64,000 bases of DNA from an uncultured Oscillospiraceae bacterium (lineage in GTDB: Bacteria > Bacillota > Clostridia > Oscillospirales > Ruminococcaceae), in NCBI GenBank assembly GCA_949299455.1, contig CASGAN010000021.1, positions 2,886 through 66,885 of the forward strand, given 5' to 3'. The notes under the pieces were generated by a model. That model worked only from the letters and a program-made list of their open reading frames with translations, was not told where the DNA came from and did no database searches. Of this stretch, positions 28,704 to 35,247 are shown piece after piece (the first letter of the stretch is position 1; every line of letters starts with the position of its first letter). A program made the position numbers and the translations under genes.

Positions 28704-28824
28704 CGAAAAACACTCCTTTTCCTTTGTTCCGATTTCTATATTTATATATTAGCAAAAAGACCGAAACAATGCAAGCAAAACGGCGTATTTTTCTTCAAAT
28801 TCGCCAGTGTATTTCATGGCGAAA

Positions 28825-29349
28825 TTAACCGAAAATATGTTTTGCACGACCCTTGTGTTCCAAAACAGCCATCAGCGGAAGTCCCAAGCCATAGCAAACA
28901 ACTGCTTCGCCCACCAAAACCAAGAATGCATTCACAAAAAACGTTTCCCAGGTAAGCGTGCCGACAAAAAAGACGCAAATTTCAAATCCGACAATGACAG
29001 CGTTTAACAGCACCGGAGGAAGCGGCGCCAACGTATAACGCACAACACGGTTTTTACATTTTCCGATCCGCCATGTAATCAATGCCGCAATCAGTGTTGC
29101 TGCTGTGCCGAACACAGCATCCAGCGCACCAACGGGATTGACACCCAGCATAAACCCAACCAGATTGGCAAGTGCACAGCCAACCGAAAGACCCGGAACT
29201 GCTGATGCGGTAAAGACCGGAAGAATCGTCAGTGCTTCGCTCACACGATATTGAACTGCACCAAACGACATAAAGAATGTGGCGAATGTGATTGCAGCAT
29301 ACAAGCCTGCGATCATCGCCGCGCGAGTGATGGTTTTTGTGTTTTTCAT
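28825..29349 (-). CDS. queT: queuosine precursor transporter QueT
   Basis: 174 aa, multi-TM. The N-terminus TRAAMIAGLYAAITFATFFMSFGAVQYRVSEALTILP is typical of the QueT family. A preQ1 riboswitch lies upstream. Confidence 0.8.
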   Translation of the reverse strand: MKNTKTITRAAMIAGLYAAITFATFFMSFGAVQYRVSEALTILPVFTASAVPGLSVGCALANLVGFMLGVNPVGALDAVFGTAATLIAALITWRIGKCKNRVVRYTLAPLPPVLLNAVIVGFEICVFFVGTLTWETFFVNAFLVLVGEAVVCYGLGLPLMAVLEHKGRAKHIFG

Positions 29350-29357
29350 TTGTAAAG

Positions 29358-29402
29358 ATCCTCTCGTAGTTTTATTTTAAGTCAGGTTCTTGCGACTGAC
29401 TG
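29358..29402 (-). promoter_or_regulatory. preQ1-I riboswitch (type 2-like) overlapping the queT Shine-Dalgarno
   Basis: The minus strand reads GUCAG-UCGCAAGAAC-CUGAC-UUAAAAUAAAACUACGAGAGGA. This is a 5-bp P1, a 10-nt loop differing at 2 positions from the Thermoanaerobacter aptamer loop UCGCAGUAAC, and an A-rich tail running into GAGAGGA, 9 nt before the ATG. Confidence 0.7.
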
Positions 29403-29546
29403 CAGAAAAACTGCGAGAAACAGTATAGCACAAGTACGCGCTCGTTTCTATCCGCATTCTGCACAAAAATATACCCTGCGGCATGATATGCAAAGTTCTA
29501 TTCACTGCTGCAAAACTTACTTCATGCAGTTTGCTTATACTGCAAG

Positions 29547-29581
29547 CAAAAAAGACGCCGCAAGTTTTGCGGCGTCTTTTT
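29547..29581 (-). terminator. native rho-independent terminator of the GGGtGRT gene, now separated from the gene by the island
   Basis: An 8-bp GC-rich stem GACGCCGC / GCGGCGTC is flanked by an A-run and a T-run, 12 nt outside the left 99-bp repeat. Confidence 0.75.
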
Positions 29582-29593
29582 ATGATCGTTTGT

Positions 29594-29692
29594 TTTCAAA
29601 GAAACAATTATTTCAGTGCTTCTTCGACAGCAACTGCACAAGCAACGGTTGCACCAACCATCGGGTTATTGCCCATGCCCATGAGGCCCATC
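29594..29692. repeat. left 99-bp direct repeat (attL-like)
   Basis: Base-for-base identical to 37428-37526 by manual comparison. Confidence 0.95.
29608..29690 (-). pseudogene. displaced 3'-terminal fragment of the GGGtGRT gene (27 codons + stop) inside the left repeat
   Basis: The minus strand reads ATGGGCCTCATGGGCATGGGCAATAAC...GAAGAAGCACTGAAATAA, which translates to MGLMGMGNNPMVGATVACAVAVEEALK*. Its codon usage matches the gene body. Confidence 0.7.
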
Positions 29693-29802
29693 AATGCCAG
29701 TACTTACGGGGGTTGCGCTTGTGCTACGCTAAAAAGCTAAACACATCATTCTATTTATTTTATAAGCAAAATGCCGGTGTATATACTCTTTACAAGCCGG
29801 AT

Positions 29803-30423
29803 TTAATTGTTTTCTTCAGTAAGTTTCACCAACTTATAAAAGCTGGTGCGTTTGGTTTGCGTTTGTTCCATTGCAGTTTTAGCGGTGATAGTCCCCGCTT
29901 TCCAAGAAGAATAGATTTCTTTCCAATTGTTAGGGAATTGCAAAGCGGGACGTCCTAATATTTTGCCCTTTGCCTTTGCCGCTTTTATTCCTTCTGCTTG
30001 CCGCTTGCGTATAATTTCGCGTTCCTGCTCTGCAATAGTTCCCAAGACTTCAATCAGAACGTTATTCACCATTTCAAAAACCCATTTTTGACCTTCTGGT
30101 AGTTCCATCATAGTGGTCGGTAAATCAATCACTTTTAAGCGGATTTGGTTATCTTTGAAAAACTGCAACTCATTCTTAATGTCTGATTTGTTTCGGCTTA
30201 AACGGTCAAGGGATTTAATCACAAGAGTATCGCCGCGCCGCAACATGGCATTTTTAAGTGCTTGATATCCTATCCTTTCCAAGTCCTTGCCACTTTCTTT
30301 ATCGGTGATAATATCCCTCTCTTGTGCGCCTAGCGCCTTAAATGCGGCAATCTGACGGTCAAGATTCTGTTCCTTACTTGAAACTCTCGCATAATAATAG
30401 GTTCTGCTTTCCAATCTATTCAC
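29803..30423 (-). CDS. small serine recombinase (resolvase/invertase family) with C-terminal HTH
   Basis: 206 aa with YYARVSSKEQNLDRQ (catalytic Ser motif), LVIKSLDRLSRN and a C-terminal HTH-like TAKTAMEQTQTKRTSFYKL. Confidence 0.85.
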   Translation of the reverse strand: MNRLESRTYYYARVSSKEQNLDRQIAAFKALGAQERDIITDKESGKDLERIGYQALKNAMLRRGDTLVIKSLDRLSRNKSDIKNELQFFKDNQIRLKVIDLPTTMMELPEGQKWVFEMVNNVLIEVLGTIAEQEREIIRKRQAEGIKAAKAKGKILGRPALQFPNNWKEIYSSWKAGTITAKTAMEQTQTKRTSFYKLVKLTEENN

Positions 30424-30456
30424 CTCCTTTCTGACTTGTTTTTATTATTCCACAAC

Positions 30457-30517
30457 TATTCGTAAAAGTCAATATATTTACGAATATATTTGTAAATTAA
30501 AATCTATATTTTACGAA
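30457..30517. promoter_or_regulatory. res/hix-like recombinase binding sites upstream of the serine recombinase gene
   Basis: A perfect 10-bp inverted repeat TATTCGTAAA-N10-TTTACGAATA (30457-30486) is followed by an imperfect one, TTTGTAAA-N13-TTTACGAA (30489-30517). A further half-site-like TTTAACGAAC lies at about 30559. Confidence 0.5.
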
Positions 30518-30957
30518 CAAATAAACAGAATTGTTTTTATATATCCGCAAAGGTGTACTTTAACGAACGCTTTAATAAAATAACAACTTTTAACATCTTC
30601 AAGTAACTTCTAAAGATTTCTGTTCGTCTTCCTGCAACTATCAACGACTATGCAAGAAAAAATAACAACTAATAAATAAAAGCAGTCACCAAACACTTTG
30701 AAAATGCCGGCGGTTTTTCATATGAAAAATTTTTCTTATTATAAGAAATCGCAAAATGATGCGCAGCCATATGCCGATAAACCCAGTAACCATGCGGGTT
30801 TGCGGGCTTTTTCTGAACGTCTAAATTCTTTCATTTTTCAGGGGCAGAATCTTGCATAGTATATACGCTATAATATAGTCACAGCAAAGGGAAAGGCGCC
30901 TTCCTTAAGCGGTACAAAATAAAGGGTAGCGACCAACCGCCGAAAGGAGCAATCTCT

Positions 30958-31407
30958 ATGAAAAACACAAATAATTATACTGTTGATTTTATGAATAAAA
31001 CTATTATTGTATCGAAGACATTTTACAAGAAAGCAATAAGCAGTATCAACAATACCGAATATACCGAATTGAAAGTCTTGATTACCGATTATCCTAAATA
31101 TAAAATCAAATTGCGGGAAATCAAGAGAAAGGAAGGAAAAAAAACAAATCGTAATTTAACGTATAGCAATATGAAGAAGTATATTACTGAAAGTGTCACT
31201 GATGCAAAAGCAGATCTTGCCGAATTTGAAAAGGTACAAAAGACTTCCTGTGTGTTTCCTTCGCCTTATGTCTATGTTAAGGACTGGTTTACTAAGAAAT
31301 ATCCCGAATACGGAAAGTGGCTTGAACAGTTATCAAAAGAGAAAGAGCAAAAGACAAAAGAAACTGAGGAACAGACCGTTTCTATTGAATCACTCACCAA
31401 AAATTAA
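30958..31407 (+). CDS. hypothetical basic protein, island paralogue A
   Basis: 149 aa with RBS AAAGGAG. Colinear blocks shared with the next ORF include NLTYSNMKKYI/GLTYEKMKKFI, EFEKV/QFEKV and VKDWF..YPEY/VKRWF..FPNY. Confidence 0.6.
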   Translation: MKNTNNYTVDFMNKTIIVSKTFYKKAISSINNTEYTELKVLITDYPKYKIKLREIKRKEGKKTNRNLTYSNMKKYITESVTDAKADLAEFEKVQKTSCVFPSPYVYVKDWFTKKYPEYGKWLEQLSKEKEQKTKETEEQTVSIESLTKN

Positions 31408-31430
31408 GAAATGGAAGGAAGTGTTAAATA

Positions 31431-31889
31431 ATGAAAAACGGATATAAGATTAATTTTGTGAGCGGGACTATTATCCTGACGAAAGCGTTTTGTACGCAAG
31501 CAAGTGAAAAAGGAAGCGAAGCATATAACACGCTTATGGGATTAAAAAATGAATTACCGCATATGCGCTTTATTACAAGAAACGCAGCAAGGAAAACACG
31601 CGGACTAACTTATGAGAAAATGAAGAAATTTATCGCGTGCCAAAATGATTCTGACGTTCTCTTGATTCAGTTCGAAAAAGTAAAGGAATTGGCAAAAGGG
31701 CAAGGCGGTAACGCCTATCAAAATGTAAAGAGATGGTTTATGCAAACCTTCCCCAATTACAAAGATATTCCTTCTTTTGACGAAGTGGGTAACCTAACAA
31801 GTGATTTTGGAAGGAAACCGCAAACAAGGATATTCCCTATAGAGCAAACTGTACCAGCAGAAAAGCGGGAAGAACAGAAAACCGCATGA
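31431..31889 (+). CDS. hypothetical basic protein, island paralogue B
   Basis: 152 aa and a paralogue of 30958..31407. No family was recognised. Confidence 0.6.
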   Translation: MKNGYKINFVSGTIILTKAFCTQASEKGSEAYNTLMGLKNELPHMRFITRNAARKTRGLTYEKMKKFIACQNDSDVLLIQFEKVKELAKGQGGNAYQNVKRWFMQTFPNYKDIPSFDEVGNLTSDFGRKPQTRIFPIEQTVPAEKREEQKTA

Positions 31890-31895
31890 ATGAGA

Positions 31896-31944
31896 AACGA
31901 CGAAAGAGAGAAAAGCACAAATGGCTTTTCTCTCTTTCGTCGTT
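31896..31944. terminator. bidirectional terminator between convergent island genes
   Basis: A perfect 21-bp stem AACGACGAAAGAGAGAAAAGC / GCTTTTCTCTCTTTCGTCGTT with a 7-nt loop. Confidence 0.8.
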
Positions 31945-32276
31945 TATTTCCATTTCACAGTCATACCGTGCTTCTTAAATACTCTGTCCATTTCTTTTTC
32001 AAAGACATCTTTAATCATCTTTTCTGTGGTCTTTGCTACAGTACTTTTGACATCATAGTTAATATTGATTTGCGCGTTTTCAAGTTCCCTTAACTTAAAT
32101 GCTATTTCTTCATTGACAATTTGACGGATCATTTGTCTTAAATTAGTGTCGGCATATTCGTTTATCACTTTATTTGCAATATCAAACATTTCTTGTCGGT
32201 GTTCTTCTGCGTGACCACCGTGTATATCTTCATTCCGCATACGAAGTATGGCATTTACAAAGGTATCGTTGTTCAT
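31944..32276 (-). CDS. hypothetical 110-aa helical protein
   Basis: ORF with AGGTGAAAAATG-type RBS (GAGGTGAA upstream). No recognisable motif. Confidence 0.5.
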   Translation of the reverse strand: MNNDTFVNAILRMRNEDIHGGHAEEHRQEMFDIANKVINEYADTNLRQMIRQIVNEEIAFKLRELENAQININYDVKSTVAKTTEKMIKDVFEKEMDRVFKKHGMTVKWK

Positions 32277-32579
32277 TTTTCACCTCATATAGTATTCTGC
32301 TTGGAAGCAGAAAGAGAATTTATTATTTTTACTACTTAGAAGTAAGATAATGAACAACTTCTTATATTAAAAGCAATCATAATAAAAAGGGAGCGGGTAA
32401 GGTGGGGGAGGTTTTGGTATATGAAAAATATCGGTTTTATATTTTTTAAAATTCCCCACGCACATTGTCAGACCGAAATGCTTTTTGCTTTTCCAAATTT
32501 TAATTTTTGTAGTATATATCATATAAATTTTGGCACAATCAAAGCAATGCCAAAATTTAGAGAGTATTTATATAGATTA

Positions 32580-33803
32580 TTATAAATTGGCATCGTGTTC
32601 TGTGATAATGCGATACCTCTTATTATCTATTCTTATTTCTGTCACCTGATAGTGATTTTTTGTTAAGCGCTGTTCAAGTGAAGGCCATCCAATGACTCTA
32701 CCCTTATTATCCTTAACTTTTAGTTTTAAACATAGTTCTTTTCTCTCTTCAACAGATAAAGGTCTATCTAAATATTCGTCTGGCACGATTATTTCTGTAT
32801 CATAGTCCAGTACATATAACTTCTTTAAATCGTCCCGATACCGTCCGCGTACTTGCATACGCGTATCTTCTGTTCTGTCATGAACAAACATATAATCAAC
32901 TTGTCCCCGAATATTGATTCCTGTTTCGCAACTAGCGTTAATGAGAAGTACGTCAATATCTGGTGGCAGTTTCTCTTTCTCTATAATATAGCGCCGTACA
33001 TTATCCTGTTCATCAGTCATTTTATGATCTTTACTCTGTGTGCTCCAAATAGCGCTACATTTGCTAATGCCCTTTTCTTTTATCTTTTCCCATAGTTGTT
33101 TCATTTGAGTAATACTTTTGACATAAACAATTACTTTATCACCTTCTTGAATGGTGTCAACAATATAATTTATATCATTGTATTTGATAGTTTCGAAAGT
33201 TTCATACTGGCGCACATCCGGGTCAACCGGAATATAGTGGACTTTATCCTGGAAAAAATATTTTTCAGTAATAGCGGGTGTTGCAGATAACCCAACTATT
33301 TTGACATTAGAGTGATCTATTAACTCTCCCAATCTCTGAACTGCCTTTAAAGTATATTGCCCATCACTACTGTCTTCATTTTTATATGAAGTCATGCGAA
33401 TTCCCTGATGGATTTCATCACAAATAATCGCTTCAAACTGATAACCGAAATTTGGGATTTTATTCGTTAAAGCTCCAAATTTGGCATAGGTGATTACAAT
33501 GATTTTATCTTCATCATAAAAGTCATATTCGCCAATAACGCGTTGCGGCCGATTTCCTTGTTTTACAAAATTTTCCCACTCATGACTATATGCCGTGGTA
33601 TTTGGATTCTTCAAAATTTGATCGCGCCCGTTTGTAGTATCAATCACATAAAGATATTTGCTGTTTCTGCTTGCTATTTTCGTAAGGCGTCCCAATGCAA
33701 AGGTTGTTTTACCACTACCGCAAGGTGCTTTTATTACGTTAAATATTCCACTTTTAATGTCACTGATATCTACTGCTTCTGAAAGCCACTTTGTACCCTT
33801 CAT
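32580..33803 (-). CDS. compact SF2 (DExH-type) helicase
   Basis: 407 aa with motif I APCGSGKTT at residues ~26-34, motif II IICDEIH, motif III GLSATP and motif VI QVRGRYRD. There is no extra N-terminal domain, and a ~70-aa C-terminal tail. Confidence 0.8.
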   Translation of the reverse strand: MKGTKWLSEAVDISDIKSGIFNVIKAPCGSGKTTFALGRLTKIASRNSKYLYVIDTTNGRDQILKNPNTTAYSHEWENFVKQGNRPQRVIGEYDFYDEDKIIVITYAKFGALTNKIPNFGYQFEAIICDEIHQGIRMTSYKNEDSSDGQYTLKAVQRLGELIDHSNVKIVGLSATPAITEKYFFQDKVHYIPVDPDVRQYETFETIKYNDINYIVDTIQEGDKVIVYVKSITQMKQLWEKIKEKGISKCSAIWSTQSKDHKMTDEQDNVRRYIIEKEKLPPDIDVLLINASCETGINIRGQVDYMFVHDRTEDTRMQVRGRYRDDLKKLYVLDYDTEIIVPDEYLDRPLSVEERKELCLKLKVKDNKGRVIGWPSLEQRLTKNHYQVTEIRIDNKRYRIITEHDANL

Positions 33804-33850
33804 TAAATTTTCAGTCCTTTCTAAATTTTAATTGTCATTAAAAATAAAAT

Positions 33851-33875
33851 GAAGCAGTACATTTTGCACTGCTTC
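33851..33875 (-). terminator. terminator-like hairpin within the helicase 5' leader
   Basis: On the minus strand, GAAGCAGT-N9-ACTGCTTC is followed by ATTTTATTTTT. It lies between the TTGAAA-17-TATAAT promoter (33937-33909) and the ATG at 33803. Confidence 0.5.
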
Positions 33876-33908
33876 TTGAAACAACTATCCATTGTTTCTC
33901 TCTTGTTT

Positions 33909-33937
33909 TTCTGTATACATTATACAATAAATTCGGC
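33909..33937 (-). promoter_or_regulatory. sigma-A promoter for the helicase gene (TTGAAA-17-TATAAT)
   Basis: Minus strand: TTGAAA (33937-33932), a 17-nt spacer, then TATAAT (33914-33909). Confidence 0.55.
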
Positions 33938-34009
33938 GCATTTTCAAATTTTAACTGTATAATAATTACAAAAATAGCGGGTGCCTTCTACAGCAACAGG
34001 ATACAATTG

Positions 34010-34046
34010 GGCACAAAAAAGAAGAAAAGCCTCCCACAAGGGAGGC
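34010..34046 (-). terminator. rho-independent terminator after the zinc-ribbon gene
   Basis: On the minus strand, GCCTCCC-TTGT-GGGAGGC is followed by TTTTCTTCTTTTTT. Confidence 0.8.
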
Positions 34047-34066
34047 AGTAATAATAAATTATTGTA

Positions 34067-34468
34067 TCAATCTGCATCAATAAAGTCTACGCGTTGCAAT
34101 TCCATAACTGTTTTCATAACTCCCTGACGAGTGTGAACGCTGTATTTTTTACCTTTTGAGGGATCAATAATACCACTGCATTTACCCCCATAATACATTG
34201 CACTCATTTTATATTGAATTTCAACAGACGTTGGACCGTTAAAAAATACTTCTGCTATTTGTCCAACTAAACCTTCCCAAACAAGTTTTCCATTTGCCCA
34301 CATGAAAGCTTTCTGTTTGCCGCCAAAAGCTCCTCTTTGTAACGCTGTCATTTTGATTTGACATACTCCATCAGGTTTTAGCGCTTGAATTGGGTATGCA
34401 CAATTCGGGCAGACCGCTGCTTTATCAGATACTTCTTTCCCGCATTCTGGGCATTTGATCATTGCCAT
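34067..34468 (-). CDS. zinc-ribbon domain protein with a C-terminal ~100-aa beta-rich domain
   Basis: 133 aa with an N-terminal CPECGKEVSDKAAVCPNC (Cys4 ribbon). Its start overlaps the stop of the upstream membrane gene (TAATG), with AAGGAGG 8 nt upstream. Confidence 0.7.
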   Translation of the reverse strand: MAMIKCPECGKEVSDKAAVCPNCAYPIQALKPDGVCQIKMTALQRGAFGGKQKAFMWANGKLVWEGLVGQIAEVFFNGPTSVEIQYKMSAMYYGGKCSGIIDPSKGKKYSVHTRQGVMKTVMELQRVDFIDAD

Positions 34469-34788
34469 TAGATATTTCCTCCTTTATTTTCTGTGTTTTT
34501 CGCAATCTGTCCCAAGACCATATAATGTAGCCCCCAAAAATAAAATGGAACGCCTACGAGGCCAACTAAAACACCTAAATAAGTCAATACGACAAGAATG
34601 TTAACAAAACCATACTCAACATGAGCAGACAGGACATAAGGGGCAGCCTCGATTCCCCAACCCAAAATGGCGATCAAAAGAATCGAAAGAAAAATAGCAA
34701 GATCAATCCATAAAACTTTTATTAGATTGCCTCCAAGTCGATAAAATTTTTCACCCTTTTCGAGTACAAGCTCAGGTACATAGTTCAT
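34468..34788 (-). CDS. small integral membrane protein (2-3 TM helices)
   Basis: 106 aa with hydrophobic stretches VLWIDLAIFLSILLIAILGWGI and FVNILVVLTYLGVLVGLVGVPFYFWGL. RBS GAGGAGAG. Confidence 0.6.
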   Translation of the reverse strand: MNYVPELVLEKGEKFYRLGGNLIKVLWIDLAIFLSILLIAILGWGIEAAPYVLSAHVEYGFVNILVVLTYLGVLVGLVGVPFYFWGLHYMVLGQIAKNTENKGGNI

Positions 34789-34881
34789 TACAAATCTCTC
34801 CTCAATTTTTTAATTAACGTGTGCAAAATACTTTTATAGTAGACTAATACATATTTCCCCACGTCACTATTATAATATCAT

Positions 34882-34956
34882 GTTGCAAACAAAAATGCAA
34901 CTATAATAGTTTGCTTTTCGTGTTCTATATAAATGTATATAAAGCAACTATACTAT
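34882..34956. promoter_or_regulatory. operator-like repeats in the divergent island control region
   Basis: An inverted repeat GTTGCA-N8-TGCAAC (34882-34901), nested GCAAAC...GTTTGC, and a direct repeat GCAACTATA at 34897 and 34944. Confidence 0.45.
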
Positions 34957-34975
34957 AAACAGAGGTGATTGCTTT

Positions 34976-35167
34976 ATGAAAGAGAAGTTCGTGATAAAAC
35001 CCAAAACAACACGTTCTGTCACTATGACAATACGTATAGATAGGGAATTGAGCGATAAACTTGATGAGTTGGCGTTAAAAAGCAACCGTTCCCGTAATGA
35101 GTTAATCAATCTGTCATTGCGTTATGCTTTTGAGAATTTGGAGTTTATTGAAGAAGAAAATATTTAA
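34976..35167 (+). CDS. ribbon-helix-helix (CopG/Arc-type) DNA-binding protein
   Basis: 63 aa. VTMTIRIDRELSDKLDELALKSNRSRNELINLSLRYAF fits the beta-strand/helix/helix RHH pattern. Confidence 0.7.
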   Translation: MKEKFVIKPKTTRSVTMTIRIDRELSDKLDELALKSNRSRNELINLSLRYAFENLEFIEEENI

Positions 35168-35247
35168 GACAGTGGGTTTCATATTACTTGTTTTTTGTCC
35201 ATTATACTTTTATACTTAAAGTGTGAATCGAATAAAAAGGTGAGATT

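Noticed and set aside
29581-29593. Possible extension of the att repeat beyond 99 bp
   Set aside because: TCGTTT precedes both copies only if a 5-nt gap (GTTTT) is allowed in the left copy. Six nucleotides of gapped similarity is not distinguishable from chance.
29483-29740. + strand ORFs 29483..29740 and 37392..37775 share the identical peptide QRNNYFSASSTATAQATVAPTIGLLPMPMRPI
   Set aside because: The shared peptide is simply the antisense translation of the 99-bp direct repeat. It is not a duplicated gene.
30721-30867. 48-codon + strand ORF in the recombinase upstream region
   Set aside because: It has no Shine-Dalgarno, and it lies in a region better explained by recombinase sites and the promoter of the paralogue pair.
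32421-32585. 54-codon + strand ORF after a purine-rich GGGGGAGG stretch in the island
   Set aside because: The AT-rich translation is dominated by Phe, Asn and Ile. It overlaps the helicase stop and an 8-bp inverted repeat (TTTTGGCA-N12-TGCCAAAA) that more likely acts as the helicase terminator.
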